Under the pieces are notes generated by a model. That model saw only the letters and a program-made list of their open reading frames with translations. It was not told the DNA's origin and made no database searches. From NCBI RefSeq assembly GCF_963921235.1, contig NC_086107.1, positions 109,866,001-109,930,000 of the forward strand: a DNA stretch of 64,000 nt, written 5' to 3'. A program made the translations under genes and the position numbers. Positions 39,536 to 52,129 of this stretch are shown here, one piece after another; position 1 is the first letter of the stretch, and the number at the start of each line of letters is the position of its first letter. Source of the DNA: Mobula hypostoma. Taxonomy: Eukaryota.

Positions 39536-41235
39536 CTTCCACCCCCCCCCCCCGCATTATTGGAAACATCCTCACCAAGTCCACTCTACCCAGGCCTTTT
39601 AAATATTCAATAGGTTTCAATGAGATCCCATCTCATTCTTCTGAACTCCAGCAAGGCCAGTGTGAATGGAGCTGCAAATGAAACGTCTGTGCGCAATCTT
39701 ACCCATCGTACACCTTCCTCCCTCTCTATCCCCCCATGGAAAGTTAAGGGCACGTACGTGGGGAAGGATGTACCCATGTAATAGTTTACAGAACCAAGAG
39801 GTGTTTGGTTGTGTTGTAGAAGAAAAAATAGTGAGGACTGGTAAATGGATGAGGATTGTGCTAATGTGCTAACATGGAACCACAGACAAAGCCTCGAAGT
39901 AGAGATGTGGAATGCAGCAGTGAAGTTTCAGGAACTTCATTAATTGTGTTATAGTGTGCACCCTTTCCTTACCGACTGCATTTAGGGCAGCAATGAAGAT
40001 CCTCCATCACTGGCGGTGTTCAGAGCTTCCTTCATCATGTTAGTAGCTTCCCCTGGGTTTTCACTACTGTCAGTCATTCAAGTCCCGGGTAGAGACGCAG
40101 GAATACTGTCACACTTAGATGAAGAAGGATCCTTTCCTGTTTCTGTAACAGTTTTGTTTGACCAGTCAGGGTTGTTAGCCCTGAAATCAACCCCCGAAGT
40201 TGGAGGACATGTCCAATGGAAAATAGGATTTGCTGTTAGATCTGTGGATAATCATTATACTCTGTAATCAGGATCTACTCAGTTACTTAGTGAAGTCTTC
40301 CTGTAGCCACCATTCTGTTATCAAAAGGTAATTTTACTGGTAATCTCATCAACTGAGAATGTAACAGGGCTGCACCAAGTTCATGCTCAAGATAGATCGG
40401 ATTTGGGTGGATTCCTGGTGGGTGCTGGTTTTGTAATAAATCACCTGTTACAAGACCATAAACCTTAGGAGCAGAAGTAGACCATTTGGCCATTTGAGTC
40501 TGCTCCACCATTCCATCATGGCTGATTTATTATCCCTCTCAACCCCATTCTCCTGTCTTCTCCCCCATAACTGTGGAAACTTCTACTTTGAAAAGGCACA
40601 CTCGACAACTTCACACCCAAAGAAACAACTTTATCTCGAACGTCAAAACCGTTATGTATATACAGAGGCTTTACGACCCGTACAGCATGGCAGGAACACT
40701 ATATACAAAGCACACTGGAAGTAAAAAGAACAGAAGTAACCCCCCCCCCCCATTATCCTAATTAGTATTAACTTACTTTTAATAATGCTTACATTACCAA
40801 CAATAAACTTTGACATCCTCTATTGTGACGCTGTGCCTTCTGGTCCTAGACTCCCCCAATATAGGAAGCATCCTCTCCCCAGACGCCCTACCCTGGCCTT
40901 TCAACATTCGATAGGTTTCAGTGAGATCCCCCACGACTGAAGGCACCTGGGGGTGTGATGCCTCCTGCAGTAGAACAGCCATCTATTTGACGATGAGACT
41001 CACAAAAGCAACATTTCAGAATCAGGTTTAATATCACCGGCATATGACGTGGAATTCGTTAACTTTGCAGGAGCAGTACATGATAAATATAGAAAAGAAA
41101 CTGACTTACAGTAAGTCAGTAAGATAATTATTTAATTATCTTAAATAATTAAATTAAGTCATGCAAAAACTATTTTTTTTTAAAGTGGTGAGTTAGTGTT
41201 CATGGGTTCAATGTCCATTCAGAAATCGGATGGCA

Positions 41236-42193
41236 ACTTTTTTTGTTACTTACAAATTAGACACTAAATTCAATCTAAGATTTGTAATTTCGAAATCCTT
41301 CCAGGAAAACATATATTTTTTGATATTTTAAAGGACCCTCCTGACTCCAGGCGTCTCGTTTCTAAGTTTGTACGTTTGTTTGATGATTGCACTGTAGCGT
41401 CTACTGTGAAGATTAGAGACGCCTGGAGAGAGGAGTTGGGCATTGAATTATCTGAAGCTGCCTGGGACGAGTGTTTATCTATGATACAGGCTTGTTCTGT
41501 TAACAGCAGGCACCAACTGATCCAGTTGTCCACTGTCTCCATTACTCTAAACTTAAATTGCACAGGATTTACCCTTCTGTCTCGCCAATGTGTGATAGAT
41601 GCCAAGGGACGGAGGCCACGTAGTCGCACACCTTTTGGTTTTGCCCATTACTGACTGGATTTTGGTCCAAAATATTCGACTGGTACTCAAAGGCCTATAA
41701 AAGATCCTTCCCCTTGGAAGCTGGCCTCGCTATATTTGGTTTGGCTGCTTGCAATCTACTATTTGTTTCCCTGCAGCCATACAACAGTCTCTGATGCTGG
41801 GGATGATTGTTGCCAAAAGACTCATCTTGAGGGAATGGAAATCAGCTTCTCCCCCTTCCTTTCGGAGATGGATGGCTGATATGATCTCAGTCATACAGAT
41901 GGAGAAACTCAGGTTCTTGAGAACCAATTCAATTAAAAAATTTTCAGCTATCTAGGATCCATTCCTTGCCTACCTGGACAAGGCCGGGGGGCAGATGAGC
42001 GATTTCACCCCAGCTGATTTCTCACGACCCTTATTTGAGATTTAATGTTTAGTATTTTTGAGCACTTTGTATACTAGGCATCCCTCTAATGTTAAGTCCC
42101 TTTTTGCTTATTTCATTTTCACACATGTCTGACCTGGTATGTTCTTGTTGATTTCATTGTCTTATTTTTGAAAATAAAGTATTTAAAAAAAAA
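41236..42193 (+). mobile_element. 5'-truncated L1-type LINE with poly(A) and TSD
   Basis: KIRDAWREELG...AKRLILREWKSASPPSFRRW; AATAAA plus poly(A) at about 42173-42193; TSD AGAAATC(GG/AA)ATGGCA at 41221-41235 and 42194-42208. Confidence 0.85.
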
Positions 42194-42940
42194 AGAAATC
42201 AAATGGCAGAGGGGAAGAAGCTGTCACTGAAACATTGAGTGTGTGCCTTCAGGCTTCTGTACCTTCTTCCTGATGGTAGCAATGAGGACAGTGTTTTGGG
42301 GGACCTTGATGACGGACGCTGCTTTTCTGAGACACCACTCCCTGAAGATGTCTTGGATACTACAGTGGCTGGTACCTATGATGGAGCTGACTAATTTTAC
42401 AACTCTCTGTAGCTTACTTCGATCCTGTGCAGTAGCCTCCCTGTAAAAGATATTGATGCAGCCAGTCCAAATGCTCTCCACAGTACATCTGTAGAAGGTT
42501 TTTGAGTGTTTTAGTTGACAAACCATATCTCCTCAAACTCCTGATGAAATATAGCACCATTGTGCCTTTATAGCTGCATTGGTGTTGGGACCAGGTTAGA
42601 TCCTTAGAGATATTGACACCCAGGAACTTAAAGTAGCTCACTCTCTCCCCTTCTGATCCCTCTGTGAGGATTGCTTAGTGCTCCTCATCTAGCCTGTTCT
42701 GAAGTTTTCGTTCAGCTCTTTGGTCTTGCTGACATTGAGTGCAAGATTGTTGCTACGACACCACTCAACTAGCTGATACATCTCGCTCCTGTACGTCCTC
42801 TCGTCACCGTCTGAGATTCACTTAGGCAAAATATTACTAATGGACAGCATCACCATGCCAACATGTTCAGAGTCCAACGAGAGAAGTTGGATTAACCTGA
42901 TAATTTTGTTTAGAATGGTTACATTTGTGATTGTTGATTT

Positions 42941-43627
42941 TTAGATTTAGATTAGATTAGATTATGAGGACACGCAGTCCTCTTTTATTGTCATTTAGTA
43001 ATGCATGCATTAAGAAATGATACAATTTGTTCCTCCAGAATGATATCACAGAAACACAAGACAAACCAAGACTAAAAAAAAACTGACAAAAACCACATAA
43101 TTATAACATATAGTTACAACAGTGCAAAGCAATACTGTAATTTGATGAAGAACAGACCATGGGCACGGTAAAAAAAAGTCTCAAAGTCTCTTGAAAGTCC
43201 CATCATCTCACGCAGATGGTAGAAGGGAGAAACTCTCCCTGCCATGAGCTTCCAGCACCGCAAACTTGCCGATGCAGCATCCTGGAAGCACCCGACCACA
43301 GTCCGACTCTGAGTCCGTCCGAAAACTTTGAGCCTCCGACCAGCTCTCCGACACCGAGCACCATCTCTGCCGAGCGCTTCGACCCCGGCCCTGGCAACAG
43401 GCAATAGGCAAAGCCGAGGATTTGGGGCCTTCCCCTCCGGAGATTCTCGATCGCACAGTAATAGCGGCAGCGAACCAGGCATTTCAGAAGTTTCTCCAGA
43501 TGTTCCTCCGTGCTTCTCACATCCGTCTCCATCAAATCAGGATTGTGCACGGCCCCCTAGTTAACACATATGATATCATTTCGGAGCGGCCGCGTGCGCT
43601 GCGTCGCGCCGCCATCTTCTCCTCCCC
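42941..43627 (-). mobile_element. unclassified about 650-bp non-autonomous retroposon, copy 2
   Basis: Reverse-complement homolog of 7428-8076 with a longer (TCTAA)n tail. Confidence 0.8.
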
Positions 43628-43837
43628 TACAGTTTGATCTATCAGTTGGTTGCTACGGTTGGAAATGATGACACAATTTGAAGCGTTCGTGTAGACCAAA
43701 CCCAGTCTGGCCATGGTGACTGTCCATCATGAAGCTGTGTCTGTGGCAGACTCCACCCAGATCATAGGAAGCGTAAAGAAACGGCTTGATAAAAAAATAG
43801 AGCCACATCTTACACAATCATCAAAACTCATCAACAC

Positions 43838-44040
43838 CACTCCCTCTTTCTCCCTCTCCCTCCCTCTCTCTTTCTCTCCCCTTACTTCCCCCTCCTTCCC
43901 TCCTTCTCTCTTCCCCTCCCTCCCTTTCTCTCTCCCCTCCTTCCTTTTCTCTTTCCCTCCTTCTTTCTCCCTATACCTCTCCCCCCTCTCCTTCCCTCCC
44001 TCCCTCCCCCCCCTTTCTCCCTCACACATTCTCCTCACAC
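43838..44040 (+). repeat. about 200-bp polypyrimidine/polypurine low-complexity tract
   Basis: Almost pure C/T run (TCCC/TCTC units). Confidence 0.9.
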
Positions 44041-44513
44041 TCTTGACCAACCGGTACTACAGCACTTATGTGAATAATTGCAACCTCTATCTTAGTTTCA
44101 ACTTCAACATTGTCTGAAGCTCAGGCTCCATCTGATCAACTCCAGGCCAAACCTGCTCGAACTGCACACAAGCTCACTGTAGATGGATCACGGTGGTCTC
44201 ACCAGCCTTCGTTCCCATCTGAATAAAAAACCAGTTGTATAATCCTCCCACCACAAACAGAGTCGAGCACAGCTGCAGAATATACAAGGTCGTCCCCTTA
44301 GAACAGAGATGAAGAGGAATTTCTTTAGCCAGAGGTTCACAAGAATTAACCCAGGAATGAAAGGGTTAATGCATGAGAAGTGTTTGATAGATCTGGGTCT
44401 GTACTCGCTGGAGTTTCGAAGAATGATGGGGGACCTCATTTGAACATTGAAAGGCCTCAACAGAGTGGATGAGGAGAGGATATTTCCAATAGTGGGAAAG
44501 TTTAGGACTAGAG

Positions 44514-45302
44514 CAGCGGTCCCCAACCACCGGGCCGCGGACCGGTACCGGGCTGCAAAGCATGTGCTACCGGGCCGCGAGGAAACGATATGAGTCAGCT
44601 GCACCTTTCCTCATTCCCTGTCACGCACTGTTGAACTTGAACATACGGTTGCCAACTGCTCCGTATTTGCCGGGACATCCCTTATATTGGGCTAAATTGG
44701 ATTGTCCCATACGGGTCCGCCCTTGTCCCGTATTTCCCCCGCTAAGGTAGAGCGTTCCTATGAAACCTTTCGTGCCGAAATGGCGTAAAGCGAAGAAGTA
44801 ATTACCATTAATTTATAGGGGAAAAATTTTTGAGCGTTCCCAGACCCAAAAAATAACCTAACAAATCATACCAAATAACACATAAAACTGAAAATAAATA
44901 ACACTAACATATAGTAAAAGCAGGAATGATACGATAAATACACAGCCTATATAAAGTAGAAATAATGTATGTACAGTATAGTCGGGAAGATGAAGGCAAA
45001 GCCGATTTGTGGGGGGGAAAAAATCGGCACATACGTGGAAGCACACGTCACACAAGCGCACACAGGTGCCCGCACAAGGCTTCATGGTCATGGTAGTCTT
45101 TCCTGGGGTAAAGTGTCCCGGGATTTGACGGCTACTTTTGTCCCTTATTTGGGAGTGAGAAAGTTGGCAACACTAACTGTAAAAGACATGTTGAGGTGGG
45201 TTTAACCCTACTTGAAACCCCGCCGCCCCCCGGTCGGCCGGTCCGCAAGAATATTGTCAATATTAAACCGGTCTGCGGTGCAAAAGAGGTTGGGGACCCT
45301 TG
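44514..45302. mobile_element. composite hAT (Charlie-like) non-autonomous element, copy 2
   Basis: Same TIRs and interior as copy 1; perfect 8-bp TSD GACTAGAG (44506-44513, 45303-45310); nested element at 44644-45175. Confidence 0.92.
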
Positions 45303-45664
45303 GACTAGAGGGCACAGCCTCAGAATACAAGCACTTCTCTTTAGAACACAGATGAGGAAGGGCCAGTGTGGTGAACCTGCGGAATTCATTGAGGTGAACT
45401 CATTGGGTTTATTTAAAGTGGAGGTTAATAGGTTCTTGATTAGTAAGGGTGTCGAAGGTTATGGAGAGAGGGCCAGAGAATAGGATTGAGAAGGCTAATA
45501 AATCAGCCAGGATGGCTGGAGCACACTTGACGGGCTGAATAGCCTAATTCTGCTCCTGTGCCTTACGGTCTTATATAGTTTCAGCAAGCTTGCAACCTTT
45601 CCCCTTCCCTCCGAGAAAGGCTTCACCTACTAACCAGGGCCGTTGGATCCCAGCTGTCTCCTGT

Positions 45665-45989
45665 TTACAGCGGGGGCAAAGGCCGGTTGTAAAACTCCCA
45701 GAACATCTCGTCCTTCTTGTCGATGCAATTAGTGGTTATTTCACTTCCCGCTCTGCCGCCAGGCGCCACTGCCACCTTGGGCTTCGCGACAGGCCGCTTT
45801 GTCCTTGGGACGGTTGTCGGCAGCTTCGCAGTGACTTTCTTCGGCGCTTCGGGCTGCCCTGGCCGAGCCGTGGCTGCACGCCGGCGGGTCCGGGAGATGA
45901 ACTCAGGCCAGTCCCTCGTTAGCTTCGGCTGCTCTTCCAGGTACACTTGGACAACCTCTGCTGGGCCAGCAACGTGTCAGTCCGGGCAC
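45665..45989 (-). CDS. TEX33: probable TEX33-like terminal exon with apparent frameshift
   Basis: Acceptor ctctctgctgtttaaAG. The phase-1 frame gives GARTDTLLAQQRLSK-CTWKSSRS* (stop 45919-45921). A shifted frame continues YLEEQPKLTRDWPEF...DEMFWEFYNRPLPPL* to 45665. The sequence is GC/CpG-rich and non-repetitive. Confidence 0.5.
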
Positions 45990-46794
45990 CTTTAAACAGC
46001 AGAGAGGGCAGCGTGACCGAGGAATAGCGTCTATCCCTGTCATCAGCCAAGTTGGTTATGTACGTACGGAACAAGGGCAACAGAAGATCAAACGCTTTTA
46101 CAGAGTTGTGCCAGCTACAGTACATCCTGGGCAACAAAATGATGGAGGAACTCAGCAGGCCAGGCAGCATCTATGGAGGGGAAAAAAGAGTCGGCGATTC
46201 AGGCCGAGACCCTTCATCGGGACTGGAACGGAAGGAGGAAGCAGCCAGTATGGAGGATGAGGGGAGGGGAAGGAGTGTAAGCTGGAAGGTGCGGGTCTGG
46301 GTGAGCACACAGCCAAAGAGTCAGGGGGCAGCAGAGATCACAGAGGGGGAGCAGAGAGAGGGGGTCCCATCGAGGTGAAGATTTAAACTCCTTCAGGGTA
46401 GCCATTCCTCGAAGAGTCTTCACAGTGGAGCAGCAAGTCATTAACATAAGAGATTTCTACAGCCCCCTCCCTTTCCAGTCCGTATGAAGGGCTGTCGACT
46501 GTTAATTCCCTTCGATCGATGCTGCCTGACCTGCTGAGTTCCTGCGGAATTTTGTGCGCGGTGCTCCAAATTTCCAGCGTCTCCTGTGTTTACAGCTTAC
46601 AGCGCAGGAGCGACCGACCGGGCCCGCCGAGACGAGGACGTGCGCGCTCAAAAGCCCACAAAAATAGAGAGAAGGGGCCTTCCATGTATGACAGTCACAA
46701 TCGATACGCACGTGATCCCGCATTCTCGTAACTGATCCAATACAGTTCACTGGCAAGGTGCCTCCTTGCCCAAGCTTTGCCCCCGTCGCCACAG

Positions 46795-46975
46795 TGACTT
46801 GTGGCTCGGAGGGCTCTTTGTCCGAGTCAGGAGGTTCTGGGTTCGAGTCCCACTCCAGAGGTTGGAGCTCAGAACGTGGTAGGCAGTCCGAAGGGTGTGC
46901 TACATCACCAAGAGGTAGTGTTTTTTTTTCATGTCTGGCTTAAGTCCGCACTCTCAAGTGGATGGTAAAGACTAT
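46795..46975 (+). mobile_element. old DeuSINE (SacSINE-like) remnant
   Basis: GAGTCAGGAGGTTCTGGGTTCGAGTCCCACTCCAGAG head and ..CTCTCAAGTGGATG.. Deu-domain-like stretch; family recalled from memory. Confidence 0.5.
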
Positions 46976-47541
46976 GAAGTAGGACACTCCAGGTATGTTT
47001 GAAATGTGATCACCATTCCATCAGGGCCTCTACTTTCCTAGAAGTTTATGTACATTTGGCATGCCATCGCAAACTTTGACAAACTTCTACAGATGCCCAG
47101 TGAAGAGTATCCTGACTGTTTGGTATGGAAACACCAATGCCCAGGAATGAAGAAGACCACAAAAAGTGGTGGGTGCAGCCCAGTCCATCACGGGCAAAGC
47201 CCTCCCCATCATTGAGCACATTTACAAGGATCACTGCAACAAGAAAGCAGCCTCCATCATCAAGGACCCCCAGCAGCCAGGCCATGCTCTCTTCTCACTG
47301 CTGCCCTCAGGTAAGAGGGTACAGGAGCCCTCAGTTTCCACATGGCCAGGTTCAACAACAGTTTCATAGCTTCAGGATTTGGGGGAGTAGATTTAGGACG
47401 GAGATGAAGAGGAACGGTTTTTCCCAGAGAGTGGTGAATCTGTGGAACTCTCTGCGCAATGGAGGCTACTTCAGTAAATTTATTTAAGGCAAGGTTGGAT
47501 AGATTTTTGCATAGTAGGAGAATTAAGGGTTATGTGGAAAA

Positions 47542-48325
47542 CATAGAAACATGGAAAATAGGTGCAGGAGTAGGCCATTCGGCCCTTCGAGCCTGCACCA
47601 CCATTCAGTATGATCATGGCTGATCATCCAACTCAGAACCCTGTACCTGCCTTCCCTCCATACCCCCGATCCCTTTAGCCACAAGGGCCATATCTAACTC
47701 CCTCTTAAATATAGCCAATGAACTGGCCTCAACTGTTTCCTGTGGCAGAGAATTCCATAGATTCACCACTCTCTGTGTGAAGAAGTTTTTCCTCATCTCG
47801 GTCCTAAAAGGCTTCCCCTTTATCCTCAAACTGTGACCCCTCGTTCTGGACTTCCCCAACATCGGGAACAATCTTCCTGCATCTAACCTGTCCAATCCCT
47901 TTAAGATTTTATACGTTTCAATAAGATCCCCCCTCAATCTTCTAAATTCCAGTGAGTATAAGCCTAGTTGATCCAGTCTTTCATCATATGAAAGTCCTGC
48001 CATCCCAGGAATCAATCTGGTGAACCTTCTTTGTACTCCCTCTATGGCACGAATGTCTTTCCTCAGATTAGGAGACCAAAACTGCACACAATACTCCAGG
48101 TGTGGTCTCACCAAGGCCTTGTACAACTGCAGTTCTACAACCTTGTACAACTGTACTCGAATCCTCTTGCTATAAATGCCAGCATACCATTCGCCTTTTT
48201 CACCGCCTGCTGTACCTGCATGCCCACTTTCAATGACTGGTGTACAATGACACCCAGGTCTCATTGCACCTCCCCTTCTCCTAATCAGCCACCAAAAAGA
48301 TAATAATCTGTTTTCCTGTTCTTGC
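47542..48325 (-). mobile_element. CR1 LINE 3' fragment
   Basis: ORF 47614-48264 LYKALVRPHLEYCVQFWSP...RTRGHSL plus 3' UTR. Confidence 0.9.
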
Positions 48326-49310
48326 TAGGTGGAGATGAGTCCATGGTCAGATCAGCCATGATCTGATTGAATGGCGGAACAGGCTCGATGGGCCAGATGG
48401 CCGACTCCTGCTCCTATTTCTTGTGTTCAACCATTCGGGTCCTGTACTGGCATGGATAATTTCACTGACCATAACTCTAAACTCATTCTGCAAACTACAG
48501 ACAACTCATGTTCTCAGTATTACATTTTTATTTGCACAGTTTATCTTCTTCGGTACATTGGTTCTTGTCAGTCTTTCGAAGTTCAAAGTAAATTTATTAT
48601 CAAAGCACATATATATCACCCAATACAACCCTGAGACTCACTTTCTCATGGGCATTCACTTACAAGAAACACAATAGACTCAGTGAAAGACCGCATCCAA
48701 CAGGACGGACGAACAACCAGAGTGCAAAAGACAACAAACTGCAAATACCAAAAGAAAGAAAAAAATGGAATAATAATAATTAAATAAGCAATAAATATCA
48801 AGAACATCAGATGAAGAGGCCTTGACAGTGTATAGTTTTTATCATAAATTCTAAGTTCTATTTTATTTCTTGATTCTCCTAAGCACCTGAAAGAAAATTA
48901 ATCTCTATATGATGACAAATACACACTTTTGATAATAGATTTACTTTGACTTTAGTTTGATCCAGACAGCAGCACAGACCGAGTCAGAGCACAGAAACAG
49001 GCCCTTCGGCCCTACTCTTCCTTGCTGACCAAGGGGATGTAACCCATCTCTCCACTTTTGGCCCATATCGATTCCTGCCCTATTCCTCAGATGACACAAG
49101 GGGTGGTGGTATTGAGCATAGTGTAGAAGGTTGCCGTAGGTTACAGCGGGTCATGAACAGGGTGCAGAGCTGGGCTGACACGTGGCAGATGGAGATTAGT
49201 CCAGAAAACTGTAAAGCATCACTTTAGAAGGTTGATCTTGATGGCAGAGTACTGAGCTAATGACGGGATGCTCAGCAGCGTCGAGGATCTTGAGCTCCAT
49301 GTCTACTGCG

Positions 49311-49926
49311 GTAGGAGAAGATGGCGGTGTGCCTGCGTGTGCGCAGCCTTCCGGTGAAAAATGATATCGCATCTGTTAAATAGGGGCCGTGGACAATTCT
49401 GATTTGATGGAGACAGATGTGAAAGCACAGAGGAACATCTGGAGAAATTTCTGAAACGCCGGTCACTGCTGTCGTTACTGTGTGGTCGTGAATCTTTCAG
49501 AGGGTAGGCCTCAAAATCCCCGGCCTTGCCTGCTTTTGGTGACCGAGAAAGAGGTCGAATCGCTCGGACAGAGATGGCGCTCAGTACTTGGTGTCAGAGA
49601 GCTGATCAGAGTTCGAAGTTTTCGGATGACTCAGAGTCGGACCGTGGTCGGCATGGCAGGGAGAGTTTTTTTTCCTTCTCCCGTCTGCGTGAGATGTAGG
49701 ACATTTGAGAAACTTTGAACTTTTACTGTGCTCATGGACTTCTTCATCAAGTTATGGTATTGTTGCACTGTTGTAACTATATGTTATAATTATGTGGTTT
49801 TGTCAGTTATTTCAGTCTTGGTCTGTCCTGTGTTTTGTGATATCACAGCGGAGGAAATATTGTATCATTTCTTAATGCATGCATTACTAAATGACAATAA
49901 AAGAGGACTGCGTGTCTTCATAATCC
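49311..49926 (+). mobile_element. unclassified about 650-bp non-autonomous retroposon, copy 3 (diverged subfamily)
   Basis: Same head and tail; inserted in a CR1 fragment. Confidence 0.78.
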
Positions 49927-52129
49927 TAGACCCGTCAAAGCTGCCCCATAAGCTGATGAAGGAGTATGGAGTATTCGCCCTCATTAGTTGGGTGAAGGAG
50001 TTCATGAGCTGTGAGTGAGGTAATGTTGCAGCTCTATAGAACTCTAGTTCTATGGGCACTAGCCTCCCCCCCACGAGGACACCTTCGAAGGTTCACTAAT
50101 TCCTCTCCAGGCCTTGTGGTGCACTGGGCGGTGATCCTGCCATTTCTTCAGCATTTGCCCGTGGTTTTTTTACGAGACCGAGTTGTTAGCTCGGTGCTCA
50201 ACCCAGCACGGCTGGAAAGCGTGCAAGGAGCCGGCCGGATTTGAACCTGGGACCACTCACCTCGAAGTCTGGTGCAGATGCCACTACACCACCTGCGACA
50301 CATCTTCTGAATAATGAAGACTACCTCACTATTTTTTTTGCTCTCTTTTCTCACAACTTATTTAAACTTTTGTACATACTTTGTAATATATAGTACAGTA
50401 CTTTTACATAAAGTATATTTTATTGCGCTTTCCTGCTGCTGCAAAACGACAAATTTCACGACATTTGTCAGTGATAATAAACTTGATTCTGAATACTCCC
50501 AAGTGGGTAGGGGTAGGCTAGGGCCAAATTAGTGAGTTGCTTGGCGACTCAAAAGAACAGAGGGCCTGTTCTGCGCTGTATCTGGAAATAAAATTTTTTA
50601 AATATAAAATAAAAATGTGGTCCGACCAGGGTTTTCTGGAGTTGCAACTTTATCGCGAGGCTCTTGAACTCAGTCTGCTGACTAACGAAGGCCAACACAC
50701 CGTACAGTATCACCCCATCAACTTGCATGGCATCTTTGAGGGATCTGTGAACTTGGGATAGATAGTGCAAAAAGAGAGGAGAAAAATGTAGTGTTCATGG
50801 GTCCACTCAGAAATCTGATGCTGGAGGGGGAAAAGCTGGTCCTGAGTCATTAAGTGTGTGCCTTCAGGTTCCATACCTCCTCCTTGGTGGTAGCAATGAG
50901 AAGAGGGCATGTACTGGGTGATGGGTGGTCACGAATGGTGGACGTATCTTTTAGAGGCATCGCCTTTTGAGGGTGCCCTCGATGCTGGGGAGGCTAGTGC
51001 CCGTGATGGAGCTGGCGAGTTTACAACTTTCTGCAGCTTTTTCTGACCCTGTGAATTGATTCCCCCCCCCCACCCCATACCAGATGGTGATGCAGCCAGT
51101 CAAAATGCTCTCCACGGTACATCTGTAGAAATTTGCGAGTGTTTTTGGTGACATACCGAATCTCTTCAAGCTCCTAATGAAGTATAGCCCCCTGCCTTTG
51201 TAATTGCATTGATATGTCGGGGCCAGGGTAGACCTTGTTAACGTTGACAGCCAGGAACTTGAAACTGCTCACTCTTAATACTCCTGATCCCTCGATGAGG
51301 GTGGCTGTGTCTTCCCTCAACTTCGCCTTCCTGAAGTCCACAATCAATCCCTCGGTCTTACTGCCGTAAAGTACAAGGTTATTGCAGCACCACTCAACCA
51401 GCTGATCTATCTCCCTCCTGTGTGCCTCCTGCTAAACAATCAAACGTCTTCTTGGAACAGAGAAGAAATTTAGCCACAAGACGTGGTGAGCTTTTGGAAT
51501 ACTCTTCCCTCCAGGGCAGCTGATGCCCGGCTGCTTCACACTTAAAGACAAAACTATTGATTTTTAGGTACTGTGGGAGTGATGCTATTACAGCTCAGGG
51601 TGTCAGAGTTCAATTCTGAGTAAGCAAGTTTGTATGATCCTTCTCCTGTGGGTGTGGATTTCCTCCAGGTGCTCTGGTTTCCTCCCATAGACCAAAGATG
51701 TAATGGTTGGTAGGTTAATTGGTCGTAAATTGTCCAGTGATTAGGCTAGGGTTAAATTGACAGGTTGATTCCATGAAATTGAAAGGCCTATACCGTGCTG
51801 TATCTCTAAATAAATAATTTTTTAAATATACAATCTGATTGTGTCTCCAGCAATATCCTTTCCACCTAGTCTTTGTCTATGGATAACTTGTCATAAACTT
51901 ATTTTGTATTTCTATTTTCCTGTAAATGCCTACAAGATGCTGAATCACAAGGTAGTGTATGGTAGTAATAATGTACTTTGATTATAAAGTCTCGGACCGA
52001 GGGAACAGCCTCAGAATAGAAGGACATCTCTTTAAAACAGAAACCAAGAATAATTTCTTTAGCCTGAGTGTAGTGAATCTGTGGAATTCATTGCCACAAA
52101 CACCAAAGTTATAGGGTATATTTAAAGTG

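Noticed and set aside
43713..44117. Low-complexity ORFs (S/P/F/L-rich and R/E/G-rich)
   Set aside because: These are translations of the polypyrimidine tract.
43655..44220. Possible minus-strand exons (16-nt micro-exon at about 44203-44218; PFLYASYDLGG... frame at about 43655-43785)
   Set aside because: Only splice-like signals are present, with no homology or connection to either gene that I can support.
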